Below, piece after piece: positions 52,091-64,000 of a DNA stretch of 64,000 nucleotides (positions within the stretch are counted from its first letter, which is position 1; every line of letters begins with the position of its first letter). The stretch is from contig CAJNOF010000027.1 of the NCBI GenBank assembly GCA_905250055.1, forward strand, positions 908,618 through 972,617. Direction: 5' to 3'. A program made the position numbers and the translations under genes. Origin of the DNA: Rotaria sp. Taxonomy: Eukaryota. The notes below the pieces were generated by a model that worked only from the letters and a program-made list of their open reading frames with translations, was not told where the DNA came from and made no database searches.

Positions 52091-52593
52091 TCTGATATTT
52101 AGCTGCGTTTATACATATAAAACACACGTGCTCTGTTTCTTTTGTGTGTATGTGTGTACAGTTAGTTCTTGTGTATTCTGAAGATGATAATTTATAAAGG
52201 TAACACCAAACTTTAGTGTATCAAAATTTTTGCTAATGTAATATCACTTGAAGATTCATAAAATATTGTACAATTATAGAGCACGGCTTGGGCTATCAGA
52301 ATATACAGAAAAAACTTCCTGAAGCCTTCTGTAAAATACTATAGGGTCGGCGTCATTACTTTTGGTATGCCCTAAGTAAAACACGCAATTAATATAGTCA
52401 ATTATACCTGTTTATTAATAAAATAAAAATATACTCATATTTATATAATATAGCAAATAACCACAAATATGAATTATATTGCAAGTAAGGACTATTTCTT
52501 ACTCATGCATTTACAAGGCTTTAAATCAAAATAAATAAATAAAGTCGATTCTAATCTCAATTCCAAACTCAAATGCAACAACTCTGTAATGAA

Positions 52594-52723
52594 TCAACTG
52601 GATTTGCTGAGTGCCAAAAATTCTTCACGTGCTTTGTGATCAGTACGAAAGACACCAAGCATCGAAGATGTTGTTGTGCGTGAATTTACCTTTTGAACTC
52701 CTCGCATGACCATACACATATGA
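52594..52723 (-). CDS. GCH1: GTP cyclohydrolase I, exon 6 (last, stop TGA)
   Basis: (V)[42 protein letters not shown]; acceptor tttttttcag. Confidence 0.85.
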
Positions 52724-52786
52724 CTGAAAAAAATAAGGCAAAATAGATATCATATTAATGTTTCTACTTTCATTACGTATACTTAC

Positions 52787-52871
52787 ACACATTCGACGAT
52801 AACAGCAACGCCTCGTGGTTGTATGACTTCTTCAATTGCTTCAGCTATCTCTCTTGTTAGCCGCTCTTGAA
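52787..52871 (-). CDS. GCH1: GTP cyclohydrolase I, exon 5
   Basis: (V)QERLTREIAEAIEEVIQPRGVAVIVEC; donor GTAAGT. Confidence 0.85.
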
Positions 52872-52917
52872 CTATAATAAGAACAAAATAGAAATCTGAT
52901 ATACTGCTAAAGCTAAC

Positions 52918-52949
52918 CTTGCAGACGGCGACTAAAAATTTCGACGATT
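52918..52949 (-). CDS. GCH1: GTP cyclohydrolase I, exon 4 (32 nt)
   Basis: (R)IVEIFSRRLQ; flanked by ...attcaag acceptor and GTTAGC donor. Confidence 0.75.
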
Positions 52950-53018
52950 CTTGAATCACAAGAGAATCAATTCATATGTGTACATATAAGTTTATGCTGT
53001 AAAGAAACTATTGCTTAC

Positions 53019-53093
53019 CTTGCTACTTTACTCAAGCCAAGCACTGTCTTTTTAGGTAAATATCCAACTGAGACTTTGCCGAAAAAAGGAACT
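53019..53093 (-). CDS. GCH1: GTP cyclohydrolase I, exon 3
   Basis: (L)VPFFGKVSVGYLPKKTVLGLSKVA; acceptor ttattttag; donor GTAAGC. Confidence 0.85.
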
Positions 53094-53147
53094 CTAAAAT
53101 AAGTATGAACAGCAAAGATATGTCAAATGAATATATAAAGCTCTTAC

Positions 53148-53313
53148 AAATGATGTTCACATAGTGAAAAAATATCAATATCTTTGATAACGACCATATT
53201 TTCGCATGGCTCATCAAAAATTGCATTTTTCACAACATCAGTGATTGACTGTTCATAGCCTTTAGTGAAAAATAACATCGCTTCAGCGGCACGCTTCGGT
53301 GTCTTTAGAAGAC
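53148..53313 (-). CDS. GCH1: GTP cyclohydrolase I, exon 2
   Basis: (G)[54 protein letters not shown]; donor GTAAGA. Confidence 0.85.
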
Positions 53314-53360
53314 CTATGAATAAAATCTACCATATAGCAGAAAATGCATACATTGAATTA

Positions 53361-53647
53361 CCTGGACGTGAAGAATCTTCGCCAATGGCATTAATTATGT
53401 CTTGGTAATGTTTACCAATGACTTCAAGACGTATATCGTGAACCGAGCTAGTATCGTGTTCGCGCAACGCATTGTGGTCGACTACACTTACATGGGATGT
53501 TCCGTTACACAATTTTTGTTTTTTCTTTTTGACAGCAGATGTGTCCAAAGTATTTGGAGCTTTTTCAGTCGACTGGTCTGAATTATGAGTTTCAATGGTA
53601 ATTAGATTCACTCCTTCAGCTGTTAAGTCGTCATTTTGCGTCATCAA
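53361..53647 (-). CDS. GCH1: GTP cyclohydrolase I, exon 1 (variable N-terminus; start codon choice uncertain)
   Basis: MMTQNDDLTAEGVNLITIETHNSDQ...VHDIRLEVIGKHYQDIINAIGEDSSRP; donor GTAATT at 53360. Confidence 0.7.
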
Positions 53648-56600
53648 AGAGCAACTTTCTAAAAGAAATGTTGAATATGTTTTATCACTAGGGTTTCTCG
53701 AGAGATTTTCGCGAAAAAAATTTATGTGTCAGGCAAAGTTGAAATTTAGGCACAATAAAGCAGAGCTTTTAAAACATCTAAAAACTAAAAAGGTTGAATA
53801 AGATGAGAAGAAGGAACTAATCGTATATATTTATATTAAGTAATGTTTAACTTTAAATGAAATCTAATTAAATCTAGGAAGTTGTAGAGTTTGCAAGTGT
53901 TCTCGATTGAAATTTAGTTTGAATCAGCAAGCTTCTACATAAAACATTAGAAAATATTTTTAAACTTATGATTTTTAATTATTATTTTTTATCGATATTT
54001 ATTGATCTTCGAGTTTAGCGTGTTAGTAGACGATATGTCAAATATAGATGTGTGATGCTAATAAATTTTTTGAAGCCATTTATTAACCAAAAAAAAACAT
54101 AATGGATATTTTAGCTTGTGTATTTTCTGTGGTAGTATCCATACCTGCCTTCTCTTAGAATTTAATACTCTGAAAATTTAAAATGCTACTTCACTTGTTC
54201 ATAAAGATACTTCGGAAACCTATTCTCGGATGTCAACGCAGCAGTAGTTATTGATGTATACATTCAAGTATGAATAAGTGAAAATGAATACTCTCTCTAG
54301 TAAAAAGAAGCATATACATGCTATGCTTTCTTAATATAAACGAAAGTTCGACTGTATTGTTAGATAAAACGAAAATATTTTGTGCTTTTGCGCCTAAATA
54401 AAATCGAATTCGACCTAAGTTTAATTTTGTCTGTTATAAACATATAATAGCCTACGAAACAAAAATTTTCTACCTTCTGTTTTGTTTACCACGTGTTGAG
54501 ATGAAGCTTCTGTAGAGAACACTTGTGTAGTTGGACTGACAATATTATTCATTTTTTACTTGTATGTGCTGGTGAATGTATTAAATGTTTAGTGTGCAGA
54601 AACGGACGAAAAAAACAATATGAGGCACTTATACGCATAAACGTTTTTTATACATTTTGATTCATCCGAAATGATTGTTATTCAAATGACCTTCAGGAAC
54701 AAAAGCAAAATATTATGCGTCATGTGTGAACGAGCAAGTCATTATTCATCAAATACATGTGTTCGTAAGTGACTGTCGACAAGAATAACTCTTAGTGAAC
54801 TCGATATCAAACAGGGAATATAGGAATAAACTGAAGTATAATATAGAAATATACCGAAGAAAAAATAAACTTTATGCGATGTTCCCTACTTCATCATGTT
54901 ATTAATGACCTGTGTCATCAATTTTTCATAAAAATCGACGATTCACGGCAATTGATAAAAACTTGATGACTTGAACGATTTGCCCTTTTTTCCAAATTAC
55001 CAAAAGTCTGAGGAGATTGATTTCTACTCAAAAGAATTGAGTTGAATATGGCTGTGGGCACCATTTAAGGGAAACGACGAATTAAGGAAAATAATGTGCA
55101 ACACAATGGAGGTCATAAAAAATCCATAATGGTGGATCAATAGGATTCAGTGTCTGTAAAGCATGAATGATCCGTGTTTTACTAGAAATAAATCCCATTG
55201 ATCCTCGATTATGGATTTTTTGTGCCCTCAATTCTGTTTCACAGTTTTTCCCCTTATTTCGTTATTTCCTATAAACGGTGCTCACAGATGGCACACAGTT
55301 TTTTGTGAAATGGAACTACACGTTTTTTATTAGTCAAATATTCTAACAAATTACTATTTTTGTGGCATAATCTTCTATTAATAATTAACCTCGAAATCTA
55401 AGTGATAACAAACGATGCGGTTGATACCAATGACTTGAACATACTTCCATTCGTTAGCCATTGAGATTTTCGACTGAAATGTAGCATTTTTCTAGGAATT
55501 TAAAAATAATCATGTAGTGTGTCATGAAAAAACCAAGAGAAGAACTGTATTTAACCAATGGTTTTCGAACAGTTTCAATAACACGACGAAGATTCAATCA
55601 AAGCGGATTGACATTTATTGTAGTTCTAAAAAGACTGCTTAAACACAAAATATACTTTTTTTTTTTTAGAAACGATCAATATGGCATCCTTATAGTTGTT
55701 ATTTTCGAAAAACCACATGAAGATATGATTAAACAGATTATTAGACAAAAAAGAATACTCTGTGCAGTAAAAAACTTATTATACAGGCAGGTAGTTGTCA
55801 TCCGTATAGGAGAAGCTGATAACCATTTGATAATCAATAATGTCCTTATTGGAATCATGCGGCACATCAACGATCACATACGTCTCAATTATCTGGTATT
55901 TGATTTGAAAACGATTCTTGCATTCATTACATCCTGGTACAATCCATGATAACACAGTAAAATGGTGTATACCATGATCGTTTATTTATATAATATAAAG
56001 ATGCTTTATGCAATCGCAGTATTTCGGCTGAAATGAAAAATAACTCTATATCAACATGGTCTGCGTACTGTATTGTTGAAGTCTTGTAAATCTATGGTGA
56101 AATACCATGCACTAGTACACAGTCAATAGATCTCGTTGAACCATGTCCAACATTGCTACACTGCTCACCATAAGATGTCACAAAGAAATGCTACGTGCTA
56201 AAACAGTTCTTTCTCTTTTGTGTCTAGTGAACTGCGTCGGACTTCGAAACCCGATTTCGTCTCCGATGGAGTCAAAGTGATTGAAAACGCGTTTTTTTCG
56301 AAGTTAATGTCTGAGTTATATTAATACAACAATGAGTAGTTTGACTTTTATTCAGAAACAAGGTTATTCATTAAATATTATATAATATTTAATGGATGAG
56401 TATGTCAACAGTTTTTACATGTATTGCAATAGAAAAATTGTTGCTGATCATCTTTTAAAACAATATGATGAAAACGATTCCATCATTTACTTAATTTTAA
56501 TGTTTTCTACTTGTCAACAAATTTTAGTGATGGATCAACACCTTGTATTCATTTTTCTGGCACTGTTTTTTGTAAAAACCTTCTGACTCATAATTTTTTT

Positions 56601-58537
56601 GTTGTCTCTGAAAACAAACTTGAAAAGATAAATCCTATGACAATATAAACTGTTTTTGTCTTACTGAATCGCTTTCTTTTTTTATTCTTTTAAGATACCA
56701 AATATTGATATGAATCAGACATTATGGCTAAACTACTAAAAATTTTTTGGAGTTGGAGTCGAGTTTTGGAATCAAAAAGTGTGACACCGCTGAGAACTAT
56801 TTGTCAACAACCGATTTTCACTTTTCTGGTGTATGTGAGAGCAATGAGTCCAGTTCAATCAGAAAGTCTGAGTTCGGTTTTTAGCAACGCTTTTGAAAAC
56901 GTATTTGCTACTGAAAGATTTAAATAAGAAATGAACGAGATGCAATATAACACACGTCGAACGAAATGTATCTTTGCATAGAAGATAATAAAAATGTAGC
57001 ATAATAAAAAAAAAATTCACTTACATTTCATACTTTGTGTGTAATCATTATGGATATTTATGTTCTTTTTTTCTGTCTTCTACAACTTATCTGTTTCTTA
57101 TTGGTATTGAAAAAGTGTTTTACTAAGTGTGTTTGCCTTCTTCTATTTGCTTGTATATGTATGTAAAAAAGATGATAAAGTTGTATGTGACTAGGTTTGA
57201 GATACTGCCTTCCAGGCGCTAGTATTCAATGTACATTAATCAACTGATTGACGGCGTAGACAAATGAGAGTGGTGAGAAATTATCTTTGTATATGATATG
57301 ATGAAGATATTTCCTTTAAGTTTTCATATAGGTTTCAATCATAGTGTTTAGCTCAGTCACTAGCCGCTAAGATATTGATGTTCTAGAACCTGTTACGAAT
57401 GTTTTTTTCATCCCTCCTAGGACAACTACATGCATGTTTCTGGTAAGATCTTAGATCAAAATTTGAAATTAAGACGATGCACGAGTAACAATCTAATATA
57501 TATAAGATAAGATTCGATATGATCTACATTGAAACAACATTAGCTGCTGTCAAATCGAGACGTCATTTGTCAAACAATTGCATTGAAAAAATTCTTGCTT
57601 TGCTTTTTTTTGTACAAGAAAAAACCATTTTGTATGAGCTTGTGTCAGAGAGGTCTATAACGTGTAGCAATGACAAGCTTTTTAAATAGCTTACGTGACT
57701 TACATAATGTTTTAGTAGTATCATCATGTTGGCGGTGCTGTGGTGGCCTATGCTTGTGACGACATTCCAATTCTGGATGGATTAGTGCAGGATTTCAGCA
57801 ATTACAAATGTAGAATTCTGAGATTAAATGAAAGTCGTCAGTAAGTAAGAGCAGCGAGTATAGCGATATCAGAGATACTCGAAACTTCTTTTTGAATATG
57901 GAACCATCACGCGACAGTAAAAGATTTCTAGCTGCGATATACATCTTTAGTACGTGCCTAATAATGATTGATTCAGAAGGTACCTTTTACTACAATAAAG
58001 CATAATGTAAATTTTATCCTATGTGATCACGATTATAGCATCGTTTTTATTGCTTTTTATCAAGGACAAAATAGTTTCGAATCAACATTTGATGATAGTT
58101 AAATGTGTATTATAAAAAAATTTCATAGGTTACACTTGTCGGATGAAATCCTGATTCTGATAGAATCGGATCCAGAATTCAATTCTGAACAAAATGATAC
58201 ATGTGTTCAAGTAAATCAGCGCCATGCTTTAGGCGTATATAAATAAATCATCAACAAAAACTTGGATCTGTCTGAAAAAAGCTTTATGTTCATTGCCCAT
58301 CATATAGAGTTACAATTGATAAACGTGAACTGTCGATCCAGTTCGTTAGAAGATTTCTTGTCCATCGGTCTAGATGCTTCTTAAGTTTATACATCTATTC
58401 TTTCAAGACAATGATCAAAAAAGATTTTTTTATCGATGAAAAATTTTTAATAATGATGTCCAAGACTGTTTCTGCAAGGAGACATACATCAGACTATAGT
58501 ATTAAGAGAAAACTAACCATAGTATAGCTAATATATA

Positions 58538-59500
58538 ATAGCGGACAAAATTTTTCGTACGATTTTCTTTTTCAGTATAACTCCATTAAGAAACTGCCTT
58601 TTGAGTCCCCATTTTAGCCGATAGTGCAGTCATGGTCTGTAGTATATGCACACAAAAATTAAGATCATAAAATCGAGTTGTAGTTGAATTGAAATTATAA
58701 CATTAAGATATAATGACTTTTTCGTGGACAGAATTTCTTATACAATTTTCGATTCACATTATTTTTCTTTGAGTTTGTTTAGATAAAAAAAACAAAGCTT
58801 GTATAGATAACATAGAAAAAAACACGAGCTATATTATGGCTATTGAAATTTTCTTCGAAAAATATTTTCTTTTGAGTGGCACATTTCGATTTCATGAGAA
58901 ACACGGTATGTTACTAATGTGGCACACAACGTTTTCGCACTCACATACCCGAACTTTTTTTTTAAATATAGCATTCGCAACAACGTTAAAACCTGTGTAG
59001 AAACAGCATATGGTCTTGCGGAAAAACTTCATTCGTATGATACTCTCCGCTGTCTCTGCTACTCTTGAAAATCCTATGTTTTTAAAAAATGAAATATGTA
59101 AGTGCAAAAATATTGAGTGCCACATAAGCAACATGCTGTGTTTCTCATGAGGTAGAAATGTGTCACTCGAAAAATAGTTTGTTTTGAAGAAAATTCCAAT
59201 AGCCATAATGTAACTCATATTTTCTTCTATGTTGTCTATACGAGCTTTGCTTTTTTTCTAAACAATCTCAGAGGAAAACAATGTGGATTGAAAATCGTAC
59301 AAGAAATTCTATCCATGAAAAGTCATTATATCTCAATGTAATAATTCCAATGCAACTAGAACTCAATTTGATTAGCTTAGTTTTTGTGCGGATATACTAC
59401 AGACCATGACTGCACTATCGGCTAAAATGTGAACTCAAAAGGCAGTTTCTTAATGGAGTTACACTTACAAAGAAAATCGTACGAAATATTTAGTCCGCCA
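58538..59500. repeat. about 960-bp near-perfect palindrome (foldback element / long hairpin), arms about 450 bp each, about 85-90% arm-to-arm identity
   Basis: 58575 ataactccattaagaaactgccttttgagtccccattttagccgatagtgcagtcatggtctgtagtatatgcacacaaaaa mirrors 59386 tttttgtgcggatatactacagaccatgactgcactatcggctaaaatgtgaactcaaaaggcagtttcttaatggagttac. The inner arms also mirror (58868-58935 vs 59101-59168; 58660-58835 vs 59215-59385). Termini share ...gcggacaaaatttttcgtacgattttc. Confidence 0.7.
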
Positions 59501-62336
59501 CTGTATATCCATAACACTGACACCTTTGAATCATTTCATTGGTACGCGTTCGATGGGACAGGATGCAAAGACATCAATGGTTGGTAAAGACTTCAAGCTA
59601 CATAGTCTTGAAAGTCTTTGCTTAGTGAACGCGTCAGTATTTTCAAAAGGCTTTATATCCAAATAACATTCTTGTTTGACTGTCTATACTTTAGCTGAGA
59701 AAACTACAGATATTTTGAGGCAACACTATTCGCGATAATAAAATATATCTGCACTTACATTGGGATTATTTTTGCCAATATCTGCAATTCCTTAGCTAAG
59801 AGAGTTTGCGAGTTATTTGTACGTGATATGTATACAGAAAAATCAAATTACCTTTATTTAGGCATATATTGAAGTCCTAATCTTTCAGTAGCACCATGTT
59901 CTCACGCTCAATACGTAAATATTCCTATAAACTAGTATGTGTAAGACATCACTCAAAAACTCGACCATATACTCAACTCATGTCACATAACTCAATAAAA
60001 CTATGTCAGTTTGTAGCATTAAGTGATAATTAAAAATGCTTGAAAATTTTAAGTTCTAAAACGAGTCTTTTATTGAAAAGAAAAACCACACCATACACCC
60101 TCGAATGTGGGAATCAGAATTATCAATTGAGTATTCTTTCATTGCATATTATACCTTTATTCAATGATAACGTTTCAATTCTTCTATATTTAAATTATTG
60201 TTAGTCATTGCGTCGTTTCATATCAATACAGGGAAACAGCAATACTGATTTCCTAAAGAAGCAGGCCTTTGACTCAAAATTATTAATTTTGCGAATACAG
60301 AGATATTCGTTGCGCAAAACTACGGTAATATTCGTAATCAGCGCATAAAACTGCGTCGGTTAACGTGCAATACAATATATTTTCTGAAGATAAATAGTTT
60401 CAGAAGACATGTACTTCGGTTTCACAAAAGTGATTTTTACTGAAATTCTTCTTTTCACAAATGAGTTATTCTATCAAAAGTGATTTACTAAATCATATAT
60501 AACAATTGTTGAGCGAGAAAAATCCATTTTCCAGAGCGCAATTTTTCTGTTCATCTTTTATGCAAAAGTTCCTTATCCCGTGTTTAGGTATTCTTGCTAA
60601 TCATTTGTTTATTAATGGATATCAAGATAAATTTACAGCATACATATATACATCATTTTCTGGTGTTATCTTATAAAATAGATTATCACTATATTTCCGT
60701 TTTTAACACCTTATTTTATGGTTTTTGCATCAATCGATCGATATTGTCTTGGTTCAATGCTTGCCAAATTCTAAGCTCAGTAGTATAATCGTTACTCGCT
60801 GGTGTAATTTTGATCATGGTTATTTTATATACAATATTCTCTATAAATACTGAATGAATAAATAGCTAAGATGATGGACTTTGATCCGCTATATGAATGA
60901 ATATTATTTACAATTGACCTATACATAAGTTTACAAGTTACGATTGTCGCTGATATTGTTGCTTTTCTTATGATCCTATTCGGTCTATTAGTAATGTTTA
61001 ATGCAAAACAGTTACATGTTCTTCGTATTGCAGTTAACCATCATTTTTGTACTAAAGTTCAACTAGTACATATGTATCCTATTCAACTAGATATTTACAT
61101 AATTCATGATATGTCTTTCTATATACTATAATACGTATTCATCTTAGTAACAAGATAGAAATCTAGAAAATAACTTGTTTATTTGCTGAATAAATTTTTA
61201 TTGACCTATGATGATAATCTTGTTCTTTCTGAACCAAAAATATCCTGTGATTCATTTCAAATCACCGAATTTATTGATATCTGATAGTATCAGGTAGAAC
61301 TAACTTTTAAATGAACATTAAATGTGATACAAGCGTAACAGAGTAATATACAAAACTTTATTGTAGTTTTAAAACTGTATCGAACAGAGATGAATAACTT
61401 GTTCTGTTCTTTGTGTATGTAACCAGAAAATTTTTATTCTCAGAATTTCGATCATTGTTGTATTACATTAGACGAAATTATGCGTGATATTTGAGCAACA
61501 TATTGATCAAAAAATAAACTAAGTACTTTGAAAGATTACCAGAATGGATTCAAAATCTCTGGTAAATTATAAAATATTCTAACTGAATAACGATAACCGC
61601 ATGACTAGTTTTAAGACAATGTAGATGGCGATAGATTCTTATAATAAGTGTCGCTTCGCACGTTTGAGTTTATATGAAACGTTCTGTTCTTCGGCTAATA
61701 AAATTTCTTGGTATGTGACTCAATGACCTTGTATACACCAAACAATTTAAGCCCAAATTTATGAACCTGTTTAGTGGAAAATGTAATCCGTATATAATGC
61801 ATTTTCAAGAGACGAGCTAATTTAAATGCATCAATCAAATTGACATTGTCGATACCAATTAAAAAAACGATAGAATGTGTTTTCAAAAACATTAAACGCT
61901 AAAATAACGTTTACAAAGAAATTAAAAAAATATATATAAAATAAAAGAAGAATGACACGAGCAGCGACTTCTCTGTCATTGTTAACAAACAAAAAATGCA
62001 ATAATTGCTTTTGCAAAAGTGCTTGTTACATATGCCTTTCAACTGCATCATAATAGCAGAGTCTAATTTTTTTATTCGTGCATTAACTATTAAGTGTATA
62101 AGCATGTCGATTTATTACTAAATTAATGCCACATTATGTTTCTGGTGTAGACAAGGTCACTATAAATGATGTAACGAATTTGGCTTTAAAGTTATTGCCT
62201 TCTCTCTTTCTTTCTTTCTTTGTTTTGTTTCAAAGTAAATTTTGACCTCTTCGACTAAACAATTCAACACATCATTTATCTCTGTTGAAGATTTTAGGAA
62301 GAATTTTTCATTTTAAAAAAAATTTTTTCTAGTATC

Positions 62337-63149
62337 ATGTCATCTCAACAATGTATATCTTCGTTTCGTTTAATGACTTACAATATTCGTCTTGATACTA
62401 AGTACGATGGAATAAATCAATGGCATCATCGTAAAAATCGTGTTATTAATCTTATTCAACATTATTCACCTGATTTACTTGGTGTTCAAGAACCTCTTCC
62501 TCAACAAATGATTGATTTACAAACAGGATTACCGAATTATGGTTCTTACGGTGTTGGTCGAAACGATGGCAGAGACCGTGGCGAGTTCTGTGGTATATTT
62601 TATCGTCATGATCGTTTTGAGCTCAATGATAAAGGTACTTTTTGGTTGTCAGAAGCACCAGATACGCCCGGTACTAAAGGATGGGATGCAGCTCTTCCAC
62701 GTATATGTAGTTGGGTGAAACTCAAAGATCGACTGACAAACAAAGAAATTTATTATTTCAATACACATTTCGATCATGAAGGTCGTAACGCTCGTCGGCA
62801 AAGTGCTCATCTTATCTTAAATCGTGTAGAACAAATAGCTGGACCCTCGACACCTACAATACTGACTGGTGATTTTAATTCAGGACCCGAATCAGATGCT
62901 TATCGTACTATTATAACAAATACTAATTTTCAAGATGCGAAACTTTCCACCGAATTGCCTCATTGTGGTCCAGATGGTACTTGGTGTACCTTCAACGTAA
63001 AACATGGGATAGGCGATCGAATAGATTATATTTTCATTACATCGTCACATTTCAAAGTATTGCAACATGAACATTTAACTGACTCCGAAAATAAGTTTTA
63101 TCCATCAGATCATTTACCAGTATTGGGAGTATTGGATTATAAAAATTGA
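62337..63149 (+). CDS. endonuclease/exonuclease/phosphatase (EEP) family protein, intronless, 270 aa
   Basis: Uninterrupted ORF: LMTYNIRLDT...DLLGVQEP...TGDFNSGPESDAYRTI...YPSDHLPVLGVLDY (EEP catalytic motifs). Strong acceptor-like ttttttctag 4 nt upstream of the ATG. Confidence 0.8.
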   Translation: MSSQQCISSFRLMTYNIRLDTKYDGINQWHHRKNRVINLIQHYSPDLLGVQEPLPQQMIDLQTGLPNYGSYGVGRNDGRDRGEFCGIFYRHDRFELNDKGTFWLSEAPDTPGTKGWDAALPRICSWVKLKDRLTNKEIYYFNTHFDHEGRNARRQSAHLILNRVEQIAGPSTPTILTGDFNSGPESDAYRTIITNTNFQDAKLSTELPHCGPDGTWCTFNVKHGIGDRIDYIFITSSHFKVLQHEHLTDSENKFYPSDHLPVLGVLDYKN

Positions 63150-64000
63150 TATAAAAATTACTCAAGCTTAATGTTTTTTATTAAATAATTAAATTCAGCG
63201 TTTTTTTCTGTCATATCATTGTTATTCTAGAATTGCATAAAATTGCTTTGAAAACATATATAATGGTAGTAAAATATTCAAGCAATTTTACTCAAATATA
63301 ATATTGATTTTAGTTTGAAGAAATACTTATTAGAATCTCTTGAATATTAAAATGACAGTGTTAGAAATGAATAATTTTAGAGAACATATTTTTCGAAATT
63401 CTTCAAGTCTTGCTCTTATATTTATAATTTGATGAAGACTTCATTGAACCGAAAAATGAATAATTCAAAACCAGAGGGATGTCAATGTCATCTAAAAACC
63501 ATTTCAAAAGTGTGCTGCATTTAATACATATTACATTTGATTCTATTGTAAGAATAACGTGTAGAACATGAATGAGAACCGTATAAATAAAAATAGTTGT
63601 TTTAATTTTCTTTTCTAATCGATATTGACATTTATACAAGGAATTAACAAAGAATAGGAAGAAAACATTTTTTTACTATTATAGGGTGTTCTAGAAGTTC
63701 GAACAACAAGAAAATGCCAATAGTTCTCAAATATTACAAGATATTTATATCAGACTTTTATAGTTTCATTTTATGCTTGTCAAAGTTTTTGTTTTATATA
63801 ACTTAGTACAGTAAAACCTCTCATAGTAGACACCTCCTTATAGTAGACACTTTTTCACGGTCCCTGTTTCATAAATAACTTCTGTATAGTGGACACTAAC
63901 TATGAGTTCAAAGAGAATGTCGTGATGACTATCATTAGTTATTCAACATAATGACTCTTCTTTATGGATCAGACTGCGGAATGGAAAAAAATACATCTCA

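Overview
AT-rich (roughly 30% GC) metazoan nuclear DNA that looks helminth-like, most consistent with a platyhelminth or trematode-like genome; it is not prokaryotic. The evidence is: short GT..AG introns of about 35-70 nt with polypyrimidine/TTTCAG-type acceptors; a tRNA-Tyr with an intron; a candidate flatworm-type spliced-leader RNA; mariner-like transposon debris; and a gene built from a string of symmetric phase-1 short exons, which is micro-exon-gene (MEG) architecture. Genes I can support: a GT25-like glycosyltransferase (intronless); a RidA/YjgF-like protein (4 exons); an intronless 7-TM membrane protein; a large USP-type deubiquitinase exon; a secreted MEG-like gene; tRNA-Tyr(GUA); cathepsin L (5 exons); GTP cyclohydrolase I (6 exons, minus strand); an intronless endonuclease/exonuclease/phosphatase-family protein; and SAM-domain protein exons. 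The 39.7-47.7 kb stretch is a decaying, repeat-laden region. It holds a carboxylesterase pseudogene with stop codons at conserved Trp/Glu positions and a GT to AT splice-donor mutation, a second ORF with three in-frame stops, and a roughly 950 bp foldback element. A second roughly 960 bp near-perfect palindrome sits at 58.5-59.5 kb. The standard genetic code is in use, because the intact genes lack in-frame stops. Exon boundaries were read by eye from splice motifs and reading-frame continuity. Assignments are by homology memory, not database search.
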